64,000 bases of DNA from positions 9,301-73,300 of the forward strand of contig JBDRPD010000060.1 in assembly GCA_043827405.1 (NCBI GenBank). Direction: 5' to 3'. Below, piece after piece: positions 43,852 through 54,768 of this stretch. Position 1 is the first letter of the stretch; each line of letters opens with the position of its first letter. This stretch comes from Elusimicrobiota bacterium. GTDB lineage: Bacteria > Elusimicrobiota > Elusimicrobia > UBA1565. The position numbers and the translations under genes are program-made. The notes below the pieces were generated by a model. The model was not told where the DNA came from and searched no databases. It worked only from the letters and a program-made list of their open reading frames with translations.

Positions 43852-45761
43852 AGATCCGCCTCTGGGAACAGCGCTTCCTCGAGCTCTTCCAGCTCGGCGT
43901 CCGCGTCCGCCGCTGGCGGCGGCCGCTGCGGCCGCCCGACGGGCGGGGCGCTGACGGCCGGATGAACCGGCGCCGCCGCGGGCGCAAGCGCCGCGGGCTT
44001 CTCGGATGCGATATCAAAAGCCGCCTCGATGGCCTTGCGGGCGACAGGCCCCGCGGCCGAAGAGCCGTGCCCCCCATGCTCAACGAGCACGCTGACGGCG
44101 ATCTCCGGCTCTTCGCCCTCTCGTCCCGCGAAGGCGACAAACCACGCATGGTCCTCGCCCCGCGGGTTCTGCGATGTGCCGGTCTTGCCGCCGACGACCA
44201 GGCCGGGGATATCGACCCGCCGTCCGGTACCGTTTTTGACGACACTAATGAGCCCCTGGTGCAGCAGCTTCCAGGTCTCCGGCTTAAGCTCGACGCGTCC
44301 CAGCTCTTGGGGCTTCTGCTGGTACAGAACGCGGCCGTCGGAACTCTCGATCCGCTGGGTAAGATGCGGACGCCATAAGGTCCCCTTATTGGCGACGGCG
44401 GACATGACCACCGCCATCTGCACCGGCGTCGCCAAGAGCTCGCCCTGCCCGATCGAGAGATTGACCGTATCGCCGTCGTACCAGCTGCGCTTGCGTTCGC
44501 GGCGCGCCTGCGGCCCGAAAAGATTGCCGGCGTTCTCGCCGCTCAGGATCACTCCGGTTTTCTGTCCGAGGTGGAAGCGCCGGGAATACTCCTCTATCAG
44601 CGCGCCCCCCGTGCGCAGTCCGGATTTATAGAAATAGACGTCGCAGGAGTTGGTCAGCCCGGCGATCCAATCCATCCGGCGATGTCCCTTTTTCTCCCAG
44701 CAGCGGAACGTACGTCCTCCCAAACTAAAGCTTCCCGGACAGAAAACGGTGTCCTGGGGAGAGACCTTGCCCTCCTCCAGCATCGCCGCGCCGACGATGA
44801 TCTTGAAAGTCGAGCCCGGCGCATAGGTGCCGGAGATGGCCCGGTTAAACTCCGGAAAATCCTTCAGCGCGGTCTTGGCTTCATCCCAATCGGGCAGCAG
44901 GAATAGGTTCGGATCGTAGTCGGGGATCGATGCCATCGCCAGGATCGCGCCGCTGCGCGGATCAAGCACCACCGCCCCCCCCATCCCTGACGGCGACAAA
45001 CGCAGAGCTTCTTCCACCGCCTTCTGGATGCGCGAATCCAGCGCCAGAGTAAGATTGCTGCCCTGCTTCCACGGCACCTCGCCGATCTTCCGTTTAAGGC
45101 TGCCCTGAGCGTTGATCTCCATTCGAGTTTCACCGTCGACGCCGCGCAGGACATTCTCGAAGTGTTTTTCCAGGCCGGAGCGGCCGATCCAGGAATCAAT
45201 CCGGTAATCCTTGCTCTTGAGCTTGCGCCAGCTCCGCTTATCCATTTTGCCCATATAGCCCAAGAGATGTCCGCCATGGGCGCCCTCAGGATAGTAGCGG
45301 CGCGCTTCAACGACAAGGTCCACTCCCGGATAGAGAGTTTTTAATTCGGAGAGCCGGAACATGGGCTTAAGCTGCAGGTTCTCCGCCAAATGGATCGCGG
45401 ATTCCATGCGCTGGGCCTGCCGCAGCAGGGCGAGTAGGTGCTCTTTTTTACGATGCAGCTCATTGGCGAGGCTGCCCGCCAGCCGCTCAAGGTATTCCGG
45501 AGCTTTTTCCGCGCCCGGCAGATAGATCAACGAAAAAGTGGGACGGCTGGTCGCGATAACCCGGCCATTGCGGTCGTAGATTCGGCCGCGCGGCGCCGCC
45601 TGATGGATGATCTGCGTCCGGTTGGACTCCGCCACACGCGCATAATAGACATTGCGGATCACCTGCATATGGAGGAGGCGCGCGCCGAAAAGCGCCCCGC
45701 CGCCATAGAAGGCGAGCAGCAGCATATTCAGACGCTCATAGCGCACGCCAGGCTGACGCAT
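43848..45761 (-). CDS. mrdA: Penicillin-binding protein 2
   Basis: APRGRIYDRNG, PGSTFK (SxxK), SCD, KTGT. Confidence 0.96.
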   Translation of the reverse strand: MRQPGVRYERLNMLLLAFYGGGALFGARLLHMQVIRNVYYARVAESNRTQIIHQAAPRGRIYDRNGRVIATSRPTFSLIYLPGAEKAPEYLERLAGSLANELHRKKEHLLALLRQAQRMESAIHLAENLQLKPMFRLSELKTLYPGVDLVVEARRYYPEGAHGGHLLGYMGKMDKRSWRKLKSKDYRIDSWIGRSGLEKHFENVLRGVDGETRMEINAQGSLKRKIGEVPWKQGSNLTLALDSRIQKAVEEALRLSPSGMGGAVVLDPRSGAILAMASIPDYDPNLFLLPDWDEAKTALKDFPEFNRAISGTYAPGSTFKIIVGAAMLEEGKVSPQDTVFCPGSFSLGGRTFRCWEKKGHRRMDWIAGLTNSCDVYFYKSGLRTGGALIEEYSRRFHLGQKTGVILSGENAGNLFGPQARRERKRSWYDGDTVNLSIGQGELLATPVQMAVVMSAVANKGTLWRPHLTQRIESSDGRVLYQQKPQELGRVELKPETWKLLHQGLISVVKNGTGRRVDIPGLVVGGKTGTSQNPRGEDHAWFVAFAGREGEEPEIAVSVLVEHGGHGSSAAGPVARKAIEAAFDIASEKPAALAPAAAPVHPAVSAPPVGRPQRPPPAADADAELEELEEALFPEADL

Positions 45762-45786
45762 TTAGTTAAATCCTGATGCTCCCCGT

Positions 45787-46257
45787 CTAGAAATCCACAA
45801 ACCGACGGACAAACGCGAATCCCAAGGGGGCCAAGACGCAGTTGTACACAGGTTCGAGTAAAACTTTTACCCACCCGGCCCAGAGAAAATTATGCTCAAA
45901 GATCAGGCCGGTAACGCCGAAAAAAACAAAATAGACGGGCGTCAGCATGATAACGAACAGTATCTGCGGCGCCAGGCTCTCGACGTCCATCTGCCGGCGC
46001 AGAACGCCGATAACGTAGCCGACCACGGTCAGGGCCAGGGCATTGGCGCCAAAAACGTGTGCCGATGAAACATCCAGGAACAGCCCCCAGGCGAATCCAT
46101 AGCACTGGCCAGCGACGGGACCGCTGCGCGCCGCGACGGCAACCGTAAGAATCAGCAGCACCTGGGGCGACAGCCCCCAGGCCGTAAAATGCGTACTCCA
46201 CAGCCACTGCACGAGCACTCCGACGAAAAAGACGAAAACGCCCGCCAGGTACCTCAT
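45787..46257 (-). CDS. mreD: Rod shape-determining protein MreD
   Basis: Hydrophobic, GF..GL..D pattern, located between mreC and mrdA. Confidence 0.88.
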   Translation of the reverse strand: MRYLAGVFVFFVGVLVQWLWSTHFTAWGLSPQVLLILTVAVAARSGPVAGQCYGFAWGLFLDVSSAHVFGANALALTVVGYVIGVLRRQMDVESLAPQILFVIMLTPVYFVFFGVTGLIFEHNFLWAGWVKVLLEPVYNCVLAPLGFAFVRRFVDF

Positions 46258-47087
46258 GTTCCGCCTTCCTTCTCCGGCAGGAGTATCAGCACTTCTTTAA
46301 GCGAGGCCGCCGTTACCGCGGGGGTGACCTCCACCGACTGAAACGCCAGAAATGGGTCGCGCTCGAACTTCCGGGTAATCGTTCCTATCAGCAAATCGGG
46401 TCCAAACGTCGCGCTGGTCGGCGACGTGTACACTTTCTCCCCGACCGGGATATCGGCGCCGAGCGGCAGATAGTTCATGCGCAGCCAATGCGTGCCCCGC
46501 CCTTGAATCAGCCCCTCAAGATCATTCGCCGGCAGATAGGCCGCCGCCGCCGACAGGTCGTCGGTCAGCAGCAGAACGATCGACGTCTTGGGTCTCACCC
46601 CCGTCACGCGTCCGACGACCCCCAGTACGCCGTCCTTTAGGCCCAGGACCGGGGCATTAACCACCATCCCGTCATCGGCTCCCGCGGACACCGTCAGTGA
46701 GCGATGCCAGTTCATGGAGTCGCGCTGCATCACCCGCGCCCAACGCAGAACGCGCCGCTCCTCCGGGGTAATTCCCAACGCTTCACTCAAACGCCGATTC
46801 TCGCGCCTGAGCGACTCATTTTCCGACTGCAAATGCGTCGCCTCCCTGAGCCTGCGCCGCGCCCGCAGCAGCTCGATATCGCCGGAGATGAGCCGCACGG
46901 CGTCGGTCGGGATATTGGCGAACCGGTCGAAGGCCCGGCTGCCATAGAACGGGACCGGGTCAAGGAGGTAGGACGCATAGGCGCGAAAGGCGCCGACTTT
47001 CCCGGTTAAGGGAAGGCTCAGCAGCACCATGGAAATAATGCCGAACAGCAGCAGCAAATAATTCGCCGCACGCAAGTCTCGATTCAT
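46254..47087 (-). CDS. mreC: Rod shape-determining protein MreC
   Basis: N-terminal TM, coiled coil ENRRL, G..DG...N.PV...G.VGRV. Confidence 0.92.
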   Translation of the reverse strand: MNRDLRAANYLLLLFGIISMVLLSLPLTGKVGAFRAYASYLLDPVPFYGSRAFDRFANIPTDAVRLISGDIELLRARRRLREATHLQSENESLRRENRRLSEALGITPEERRVLRWARVMQRDSMNWHRSLTVSAGADDGMVVNAPVLGLKDGVLGVVGRVTGVRPKTSIVLLLTDDLSAAAAYLPANDLEGLIQGRGTHWLRMNYLPLGADIPVGEKVYTSPTSATFGPDLLIGTITRKFERDPFLAFQSVEVTPAVTAASLKEVLILLPEKEGGT

Positions 47088-47129
47088 ACTTTGCCCGGCG
47101 GGGCCATGAGAACGCGGCGGCGGCAGTGC

Positions 47130-48182
47130 TTATTCTACGAAGCGATCAGACGTCCCGATCAGGTCGGGTCTCTTGTGCTTAATGCTGTCCAGGACTTCGA
47201 GGAACTTCCCCGTCCCGATCGCTACGCAGCTGAGGGGATCCGCAGCGCGATGCACCGGCAGCTCGGTTTCTTGCCGGATCAAATCCGGCAACCCCCGCAG
47301 CAGCGTGCCTCCGCCCGCCAGAACCATCCCTCTATCTACCAAATCCGCGGCCAACTCCGCCGGTGTCTCCTCCAAACAATTCTTGATCACATCGAGGATA
47401 AGCTGCACCGGTTCCATCAGCGCCTGGCGCACCTCCTCGGACGTAATGAGCACCGTCTTAGGAAGGCCGGTGGCCTGATCCCGGCCCTTCACTTCCATCG
47501 TCTTCTCTTCCTTTAGTGGAAAAACGGAACCAATCTGGATTTTGACGTCCTCGGCCGTTGTCTCGCCGATAAGCAGATTGTACTTGCGGCGAAAATGCTG
47601 CAACACCGCCTCATCCATCTCATCGCCGGCGACATCGATAGACTTGGAAACGACCATGCCGCCGAGAGAAATGACGGCCGCCTCCGTAGTCCCGCCTCCG
47701 ACATCAATGATCATGCTCGCATACGGCTCCGATATCGGCATATCCGCCCCGATCGCGGCGGCCATAGGCTCTTCGATCAAGTGCACGGAACGGGCCCCCG
47801 CCTGCTCGGCCGATTCCTGAACGGCGCGACGCTCGACTTCAGTAATACCGGAAGGGATGCCGATTACGATGCGCGGATGCAGCAGACTGCGCCGGTTATG
47901 CACCTTCTGGATAAAGAACTTGATCATCTCCTGCGTCACTTCGAAGTCGGCGATAACGCCGTTTTTCAAAGGACGGACCGCGATGATCGAGGAAGGCGTC
48001 CGTCCCAGCATCCTCTTCGCTTCGGCGCCGATGGCGATCACGCGGCGCGTCTCCTTGTCGATAGCCACCACGGAAGGCTCACGCAGCACAATGCCGTGGT
48101 TCTTGACATAGACCAGGGTATTGGCCGTACCCAGATCGATGCCCATATCGTTGGAGAACAGGCTGAAGAGATAGTCGAACAT
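47130..48182 (-). CDS. mreB: Rod shape-determining actin MreB
   Basis: [33 protein letters not shown]. Confidence 0.98.
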   Translation of the reverse strand: MFDYLFSLFSNDMGIDLGTANTLVYVKNHGIVLREPSVVAIDKETRRVIAIGAEAKRMLGRTPSSIIAVRPLKNGVIADFEVTQEMIKFFIQKVHNRRSLLHPRIVIGIPSGITEVERRAVQESAEQAGARSVHLIEEPMAAAIGADMPISEPYASMIIDVGGGTTEAAVISLGGMVVSKSIDVAGDEMDEAVLQHFRRKYNLLIGETTAEDVKIQIGSVFPLKEEKTMEVKGRDQATGLPKTVLITSEEVRQALMEPVQLILDVIKNCLEETPAELAADLVDRGMVLAGGGTLLRGLPDLIRQETELPVHRAADPLSCVAIGTGKFLEVLDSIKHKRPDLIGTSDRFVE

Positions 48183-48198
48183 GCCGTATTAGACTATT

Positions 48199-48543
48199 CT
48201 ATTGCACAAGACGAATCAAGCCCTGCAAAGCGCCGTCGCCCGTGCGGCGGCCAAGACGCAGCACCTGCGTATACCCGCCCGGCCGATCCTGATAGCGCTG
48301 GGCCAGCACATCGAACAGCTTCTTGACGGCGACCCGGTCGCTTATGTCGCGGCGCACCCGCAGGTGCTGGCCGCGCTTCGCGCAGGTAATGAGGCGCTCC
48401 GCGAACGACCGCAGGGCTTTCGCCCGGGTCAGCGACGTCTGCACCCGCTCATGCAGGAACAGGCTCGTGGCCATGTTGCGCAGCGTCGCTTTACGATGCG
48501 AGCTCGTTCTACAGAGCTTGTTTTTTCCGTAATTCTTAATCAT
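48199..48543 (-). CDS. rplQ: 50S ribosomal protein L17
   Basis: KL.RTSSHRKA.LRN.A.SL, RPGGYT. Confidence 0.96.
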   Translation of the reverse strand: MIKNYGKNKLCRTSSHRKATLRNMATSLFLHERVQTSLTRAKALRSFAERLITCAKRGQHLRVRRDISDRVAVKKLFDVLAQRYQDRPGGYTQVLRLGRRTGDGALQGLIRLVQ

Positions 48544-48560
48544 GCTGCTCCCTCTAAATG

Positions 48561-49559
48561 CTAAACCTGCATGCCCAGAGAAAGGCCCATATCCTTCAAG
48601 CGGTCCTTGATCTCATCGAGCGACTTCTTGCCGAAGTTTTTAACCGCGAGAAGCTCCTCTTCACGCCGGCTGACCAGCTCCCGAATGGTCTTTATCCGGG
48701 CGACCTTCAGGCAGTTCGAAGCCCGGCTCGACAGCTCGATCATATCGACCGGCTGGGTCAACACTTCCCGCAGACGGGCGTCCACGCCGACGCCGCCTTC
48801 GCCGCCGGCCATCACATCCTGGCCGTCTTCGTAAGTTCCCGCCGGAGGCTGCTCGAGAATCTCCTCTTCCGGAATAAAGATATTCAGGGACTCCCGCATC
48901 AGCTTGGAGGAGCGGATCAGGGCATCCATCGGCGAAACAGAGCCGTCCGTCCAAATCTCCAGAATCAAGCGGTCATAGTCCGTCACCTGGCCGACGCGGG
49001 CATTCTCAACGTCGTAATGGATCTTCATCACGGGCGAGAACAGGGCGTCCACCGGCAGGAATCCGGCCGGCCAGTTGGCCTGCGCCTGAATTTCCTCTCC
49101 CGGGACATAGCCGCGGCCGCGCGACACCTCGATCTCCATGTCGATCTTACCGCCCGACTCCAGGTGGCAGATATGAAGATCGCCATTGACGATCTCGACG
49201 TTGGAGTTCTCCTGGATCATCTTCGCCGTGACCGCGCCCTCTTTCTTGGTGGCCAAGTAGATCGTTTCCGGGCCGTTCGAGAACAGCTTAACGCGCAGCT
49301 TCTTTAGATTCAGCAGGATATTCATGACATCCTCGCGGATGCCGTTGAGCGCCTGATACTCGTGCCTCGCCCCATCGATCCGAACGCCGGTTACCGCGGC
49401 CCCTTCCAGACTGGAAAGAAGTACCCGCCGCAACGAGTTGCCGACCGTATGCCCGTAGCCGCGCTCGTACGGCTCGGCCACGAATTTTGCGTAGCTATCC
49501 GAAAGGGTCTTTTCGTCGACAGCGAGTTTTTGCGGAAGAATTAGCTCTTTATAGATCAC
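48561..49559 (-). CDS. rpoA: RNA polymerase alpha subunit
   Basis: EPYERGYGHTVGNSLRRVLLSS, VDALFSPV, ELSSRASNCL, KNFGKKSL. Confidence 0.98.
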   Translation of the reverse strand: MIYKELILPQKLAVDEKTLSDSYAKFVAEPYERGYGHTVGNSLRRVLLSSLEGAAVTGVRIDGARHEYQALNGIREDVMNILLNLKKLRVKLFSNGPETIYLATKKEGAVTAKMIQENSNVEIVNGDLHICHLESGGKIDMEIEVSRGRGYVPGEEIQAQANWPAGFLPVDALFSPVMKIHYDVENARVGQVTDYDRLILEIWTDGSVSPMDALIRSSKLMRESLNIFIPEEEILEQPPAGTYEDGQDVMAGGEGGVGVDARLREVLTQPVDMIELSSRASNCLKVARIKTIRELVSRREEELLAVKNFGKKSLDEIKDRLKDMGLSLGMQV

Positions 49560-49588
49560 GGCGGTTTGCCTCCTGAATCGGCTTAAAA

Positions 49589-50215
49589 CTACCTTGAATA
49601 GTACTCGACGATCAGCTGATCGTTGACGGCGAAAGACGTCTCCTCCCGGGTCGGCCGGCGCACAACCTTGGCCGCGCGGTTCTCTTCACTATACTCCAAA
49701 TACGAAGGCCGAACGGCCTTCTTTTCGACAAACTCCAGCGCCAGCTTCACGCCGGGGTTGGCCTTCATGCGCTGATCCAGAGAAACAACATCTCCAACAT
49801 GCACGTGATAGGACGGAATATTAACCCGGTTCCCATTGACCCGGACCATCCGGTGCTGGACCAGCTGCCGCGCGGTGCTAAGGCTGGTCGCGAAGCCGGC
49901 GCGCCGGACGATATTGTCCAGCCGCGTTTCCAGTCCGATCATCAGCTCCGCCGCGGCATTGCCGCGGGAGTGCGACGCCTTCTTCATCATCGTCTTGAAC
50001 GGGGTCTCCGTCATTGAGATCATCCGGCGCAGCTTCTGCTTCTCGCGCAGACGAATCTTATACTCGGACGGCTTCCCCCGCTGCGGCTTGGCGTTGCCGG
50101 GCGGCATCGGCCGATTATCCAGCACGCACTTGGTATGGCACTTTTCGCCCTTGAGGAAGAGTTTAGTCTGCTCTCTCCGGCACATCCGGCAGACGGGACC
50201 TGTATACCTGGCCAT
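49589..50215 (-). CDS. rpsD: 30S ribosomal protein S4
   Basis: MARYTGPVCRMCRRE, LETRLDN, ARQLV.H, IVEYYSR. Confidence 0.97.
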   Translation of the reverse strand: MARYTGPVCRMCRREQTKLFLKGEKCHTKCVLDNRPMPPGNAKPQRGKPSEYKIRLREKQKLRRMISMTETPFKTMMKKASHSRGNAAAELMIGLETRLDNIVRRAGFATSLSTARQLVQHRMVRVNGNRVNIPSYHVHVGDVVSLDQRMKANPGVKLALEFVEKKAVRPSYLEYSEENRAAKVVRRPTREETSFAVNDQLIVEYYSR

Positions 50216-50216
50216 C

Positions 50217-50747
50217 TTACACCCTCCTCGGCTTCGGCGGACGGCAGCCGTTATGCGGAATCGGCGACACGTCTTTAAGAGACACCACGTGCAGGCCGGA
50301 CGACTGCAGCGCCCGGATCGACGTCTCCCGGCCGGGGCCAGGCCCCTTAACAAATACCGAGACCTGCCTTACGCCCAGCTCCACCGCGCGCTTGGCCGCC
50401 TTGGTTGCCGTGACCTGCGCCGCGAAGGGCGTGCCCTTCTTGGTGCCCTTAAATCCCGCGCCGCCCGCGGACGCCCAGCAAAGCACGTTGCCGCGATCGT
50501 CCGTGATGCTCACAAGCGTATTATTGAAGGAGCACTGGATAAAGACTTTGGCGTGCGAAAAAGTACGACCGCCCTTTCGGCGCACGACCGGACGAGGCGC
50601 AGAAGCGTCCTCCGTCGCGAAGATGTCTTTCTCCGCCGCCGGAACCTCCGGCGCGGGCGCGCGCTCCTTCGCGGGAGTTTTCTTTTCCGTCGCCGGAACC
50701 GTCTCGTCGGCGGCCGGCTCTATTGGTTTTTCCTGCTCTTCAGTCAT
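50217..50747 (-). CDS. rpsK: 30S ribosomal protein S11 (N-terminally extended)
   Basis: [30 protein letters not shown]. Confidence 0.97.
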   Translation of the reverse strand: MTEEQEKPIEPAADETVPATEKKTPAKERAPAPEVPAAEKDIFATEDASAPRPVVRRKGGRTFSHAKVFIQCSFNNTLVSITDDRGNVLCWASAGGAGFKGTKKGTPFAAQVTATKAAKRAVELGVRQVSVFVKGPGPGRETSIRALQSSGLHVVSLKDVSPIPHNGCRPPKPRRV

Positions 50748-50765
50748 AAAAACTTCCTCCGAAAT

Positions 50766-51161
50766 CTATCCCTTCTTCCCGGGCGCGGGCTTCGCTCCGG
50801 CGCCGACGGTCTTACGCCGGCCCCGACGAGTCCGGCTGTTAGTCTTGGTCCGCTGGCCGCGCACCGGAAGGTTGCGCCGATGGCGCACGCCCCGGTAACA
50901 GCCGATCTCAACGAACCGGTGGATATTCTGCTGCACTTCGCGCCGCAGCTCGCCTTCCACGCGATACTCCTTCGCGATCAGGGAGCTTATCAGACCAACC
51001 TGGCTCTCCGTTAGATCGCGCACCCGCGCCGCCGGATCGACGGCACCGTTAAGTTTGCTCAAGATCTCTTTCGCGATCATGGGCCCGATCCCGAACAGAC
51101 GCGTAAGCGCGACGTCCACCCGCTTATCCTTCGGAAGGTCTACTCCCGATATACGTGCCAT
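50766..51161 (-). CDS. rpsM: 30S ribosomal protein S13
   Basis: [16 protein letters not shown]...[14 protein letters not shown]. Confidence 0.98.
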   Translation of the reverse strand: MARISGVDLPKDKRVDVALTRLFGIGPMIAKEILSKLNGAVDPAARVRDLTESQVGLISSLIAKEYRVEGELRREVQQNIHRFVEIGCYRGVRHRRNLPVRGQRTKTNSRTRRGRRKTVGAGAKPAPGKKG

Positions 51162-51171
51162 AACGTTTCTC

Positions 51172-51285
51172 CTAACCCTGCCTTTGCTTATGGCGAGGAT
51201 TCGTGCAGATTACGCGCACGACACGTCCCCGCTTAATAACCTTGCACTTCTGGCAAATTGGTTTCACACTTGCACGAACCTTCAT
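51172..51285 (-). CDS. rpmJ: 50S ribosomal protein L36 (absent from the ORF track)
   Basis: Manual translation: [37 protein letters not shown]. Confidence 0.97.
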   Translation of the reverse strand: MKVRASVKPICQKCKVIKRGRVVRVICTNPRHKQRQG

Positions 51286-51289
51286 ACAA

Positions 51290-51508
51290 TCACCTTTCCC
51301 GATAAACAATCCGACCTCGGCTGAGGTCATAAGGAGACAACTCGACTTTGACGGTATCTCCCGGCATAATCTTTATGTAATGCACGCGCATTTTCCCTGA
51401 TATGTGCGCGATGATCTCTTTCTTTCCCGCTATCGTCACTCGAAACATCGCGTTTCCCAGGGACTCCACGATCTTCCCGTCAACTTCAATCTTGTCTTCT
51501 TTAACCAA
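51290..51508 (-). CDS. infA: Translation initiation factor IF-1
   Basis: [31 protein letters not shown] start with SD. Confidence 0.97.
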   Translation of the reverse strand: MVKEDKIEVDGKIVESLGNAMFRVTIAGKKEIIAHISGKMRVHYIKIMPGDTVKVELSPYDLSRGRIVYRER

Positions 51509-51530
51509 GAATTCTCTCCTTTTGTATGCG

Positions 51531-52298
51531 CTATGACAGCAACGTCAAAATCTCCGGCCCATTCTCGGTCACCGCAATCGTGTGCTCGAAATGAGCAGAC
51601 AGCCTGCCGTCCGCCGTGACCGCCGTCCATTTATCATCAAGTACTTTAACGTCCGCCGCACCCTCGTTGACCATCGGCTCGATCGCCAGCACCATGCCCG
51701 GTCGCAGGCGCAAACCGGTGTCCGCTGTGCCGTAGTTCGGCACGGCGGGGTCTTCATGCAGGGCGCGGCCGATGCCGTGCCCGACGAACTCGCGAACCAC
51801 GCTGTAGCCGGCGCCTTCAGCGCAGGCCTGTACTGCGGCGCTGACATCGCCCAAGCGCCGGTCCGGCCGCATCTGCTCGATCGCCTTATCGAGCGCCGAC
51901 CGCGTAACCCTCAGCAGCCGCTCGGCGTCTTCGGATATGCGGCCGATCGGCACCGTAATCGCCGCGTCGCCGAAAAATCCGTCAATGACGCAGCCGATAT
52001 CCATGCTCAAGATGTCGCCTTCCTGCAGAATCCGTGACTTGCTCGGTATCCCGTGCACAACTTCGCAGTTGATCGAGGCGCATAAAGTGTGCGGAAAACC
52101 CCGGTAGCCCAAAAAGGCCGGTATGGCCCCATGCCCGCGAAGCGTCTTCTCGGCCAGCGCATCCAGCTCCAGCGTCGACACGCCGGGCTCGGCGCGACGC
52201 TCAAGAGCCGCCAACGCTTGCGCGACGACGGCGCCCGCCCGGCGCATCAGCGCAATCTCCTTGGCGCTCTTTAAATCGACGGCAGCGGATTTAAACAT
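51531..52298 (-). CDS. map: Methionine aminopeptidase type I
   Basis: C.SIN..VVHGIP, GHGIG, AIEPM, SAHFEHT. Confidence 0.97.
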   Translation of the reverse strand: MFKSAAVDLKSAKEIALMRRAGAVVAQALAALERRAEPGVSTLELDALAEKTLRGHGAIPAFLGYRGFPHTLCASINCEVVHGIPSKSRILQEGDILSMDIGCVIDGFFGDAAITVPIGRISEDAERLLRVTRSALDKAIEQMRPDRRLGDVSAAVQACAEGAGYSVVREFVGHGIGRALHEDPAVPNYGTADTGLRLRPGMVLAIEPMVNEGAADVKVLDDKWTAVTADGRLSAHFEHTIAVTENGPEILTLLS

Positions 52299-52300
52299 GC

Positions 52301-52960
52301 TTACAAGCCGCTCCCGGCCGCAGCCTTGTCGATGCTTTCATATAGAGCTCGCGCCACTTCCGGGAAATCACCGGCGCCATCCACCTCGGCGAAATCGCTG
52401 TTCTCCCGGTAATAGGCCGCCAGCGGCGCCGTTTGCTCCTCGTAGACCTGGAGGCGGTTCTTGATCGTCTCTTCCATGTCATCTTCGCGCTGGACCAAAG
52501 CCTTGCCGCACTTATCGCACTTCCCTTCAACCTGTGGCGGACGGCTGATTAGGTTATAAACATCTCCGCAGCCGGAGCAGGTTCGGCGGCCGGACAGCCT
52601 CTCGACCACTTCGGCGAGCTCCAGGGAGAGATATAAAACAGCGTTAAGCTTCTGCCCTTTCGCCTGCAGATACTTATCCAGCTCCCGCGCCTGGCCGAGA
52701 GTGCGCGGGAAGCCGTCCAACAGCCATTCGCCGGAACCGGAATCGAGATGGGCGGCGACCATCTTCACCACCAGATCATCGGGGACCAGCTCGCCGCGCT
52801 TAACGTAGTCCGCGACCTTTTTGCCGACAGCGCTCTCCTTGCCCATCTCTTCGCGGAAGATATCGCCGGTAGAAACATGCTCCAGGCCGTACTTGCGGCA
52901 TAGAAACATCGACTGCGTTCCTTTTCCCGCTCCCGGACAGCCCAACAGCACGATCTTCAT
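52301..52960 (-). CDS. adk: Adenylate kinase (Zn-lid type)
   Basis: G.PGAGKGTQ, STGD.FR, LDGFPR, CxxC...CxxC lid. Confidence 0.97.
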   Translation of the reverse strand: MKIVLLGCPGAGKGTQSMFLCRKYGLEHVSTGDIFREEMGKESAVGKKVADYVKRGELVPDDLVVKMVAAHLDSGSGEWLLDGFPRTLGQARELDKYLQAKGQKLNAVLYLSLELAEVVERLSGRRTCSGCGDVYNLISRPPQVEGKCDKCGKALVQREDDMEETIKNRLQVYEEQTAPLAAYYRENSDFAEVDGAGDFPEVARALYESIDKAAAGSGL

Positions 52961-52963
52961 TAC

Positions 52964-54295
52964 TCAGCTCCCCACGTTAAACCAGCGCTGCTTTACCCGG
53001 CCCTTCTTCAAAAAACCGTCGTAGTGCCGCATGATTAGATGCGACTCCAGTTGGCCCATGGTATCGAGCGCGACGCCCACGACGATCAACAGCGCCGTAC
53101 CGCCGAAGTAGAAGGGGATATTGTACTGCTGGCGCGCGATATCAGGGAGGACGGCGATGGCCGCCACAAAGAGGGCGCCGCCGAGCGTGATCCGCTCCAG
53201 CACCCATTCGATGTAGGCCGCTGTCGGCCCGCCCGGCCGAATGCCGGGGACAAAGCCGCCGGACTTTTTCATATTGTCCGCGAGGTCGACGGGGTTAATA
53301 CTCACCGAGTTATAGAAATAGCAGAAGAAGATGATCATCACCGCGTAGAAAATCTGGTAGATCCAGCCGCCGGCGTTCATGAATCCCACGACTTTCTGCG
53401 CCACCGCCGAATTCGGCATAAACTGCGCGAAGGTCATCGGCACGGCCATTAAGCTGATAGCGAAGATCACAGCGATGACGCCGCTCTGATCCACCTTGAG
53501 CGGCAGGAAACTGGAAGCCCCCCCGTACATCTTTCGACCAACGACGCGCTTGGCGTACTGCACCGGGATCTTGCGCTGAGCGGTCTCGACCCAAACAACC
53601 GCCATAATAACGCCCACCAAGGAACCCGCGAGCAGCAGCGCCCGCACCAGGCCGATTTCTTCGGCCTGCACCAACTGGATCAGCGACACCAGGCCGCCCG
53701 GCAGGGCGTTGACGATGCCCGCGAAGATGATCAGCGAGATGCCGTTGCCGACGCCGTTCTCCGTCATCTGCTCGCCCAGCCACATAATAAAAATTGTGCC
53801 GGTGGTCAGCGTCAGCACCGTGATGATATAGAATGCCGCCGATGGATCAGAGACCACGGGCACTCCGCTCGGGGAAGGCATCTTCGTAATCATGATCGTC
53901 AAGCCGAAAGACTGAAATGACGCCAAAAAGAGGGTTAGATAGCGCGTAATCTGATTGAGCTTGCGCCGACCCAGCTCCCCTTCCTTATGCAGCCGGTCCA
54001 GATAGGGGATAACATGCGCCCCCTGCAGCAGGCTCATGATAATAGAGGCGTTGATGTAGGGCATGACGCCCATGGAAAAGATCGCGAACTGCCCGAGCGC
54101 ACCGCCCGAGAAGATGTTGAGGATACCCAGCAAGGAACCGGACTGCGCCTGAAAGATCGAGCGCAGCGCCTCGCCGTTGATGCCGGGAATCGGAATCGCC
54201 GCGCCCAGGCGGTACACCGCCAGACAGACCAACGTATAGATAATACGTTTGCGCAGGTCCGGCACCTCGAACATCTCCACGATCTTTTGGATCAT
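52964..54295 (-). CDS. secY: Preprotein translocase SecY
   Basis: GVMPYINASII, WLGEQ..E.GVGNGISLIIF, PGIRPG, GGT.LLI.VGV. Confidence 0.98.
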   Translation of the reverse strand: MIQKIVEMFEVPDLRKRIIYTLVCLAVYRLGAAIPIPGINGEALRSIFQAQSGSLLGILNIFSGGALGQFAIFSMGVMPYINASIIMSLLQGAHVIPYLDRLHKEGELGRRKLNQITRYLTLFLASFQSFGLTIMITKMPSPSGVPVVSDPSAAFYIITVLTLTTGTIFIMWLGEQMTENGVGNGISLIIFAGIVNALPGGLVSLIQLVQAEEIGLVRALLLAGSLVGVIMAVVWVETAQRKIPVQYAKRVVGRKMYGGASSFLPLKVDQSGVIAVIFAISLMAVPMTFAQFMPNSAVAQKVVGFMNAGGWIYQIFYAVMIIFFCYFYNSVSINPVDLADNMKKSGGFVPGIRPGGPTAAYIEWVLERITLGGALFVAAIAVLPDIARQQYNIPFYFGGTALLIVVGVALDTMGQLESHLIMRHYDGFLKKGRVKQRWFNVGS

Positions 54296-54768
54296 CCCGC
54301 GGCCGCCTTCCCGATCACCTCGATCGTGCCGCCGGCTTGCTGAATTTTCTCCTGCGCACTCTTGGAGAACGCATGCGCCTTGATCTTCAGCGGCTTGGCC
54401 AGCTCGCCGTCGCCGAGTATCTTAACCTGCCGTCGCCCCTTGATCAGGCCGTGCACCTTAAGCGCTTCAAGATCCACCTCGTTCTGATTCTTAAACACCG
54501 CAGACAGCTTCGCCAGGCTCACGACCTGATAGATGGTCCGGAACTGCGTATTACGAAAGCCGCGCTTCGGCAGGCGTCGAATGAGCGGCGTCTGCCCGCC
54601 TTCGAAACCCGACAATGCGATGCCCGAACGGCTTTTCTGCCCCTTGGTTCCCTTGCCGCATGTTTTGCCTTTGCCGGAACCGAGCCCTTTGCCCAAACGC
54701 TTCTTGCGGTGGCGCGATCCGGGCTTGGCGGCCAGCCGGCTTAGAGAAATAGTCGTTTCCGCCATCAT
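54292..54768 (-). CDS. rplO: 50S ribosomal protein L15
   Basis: GSGKGKTCGKG.KGQKSR, FEGGQTPL.RRLPKRGF. Confidence 0.97.
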   Translation of the reverse strand: MMAETTISLSRLAAKPGSRHRKKRLGKGLGSGKGKTCGKGTKGQKSRSGIALSGFEGGQTPLIRRLPKRGFRNTQFRTIYQVVSLAKLSAVFKNQNEVDLEALKVHGLIKGRRQVKILGDGELAKPLKIKAHAFSKSAQEKIQQAGGTIEVIGKAAAG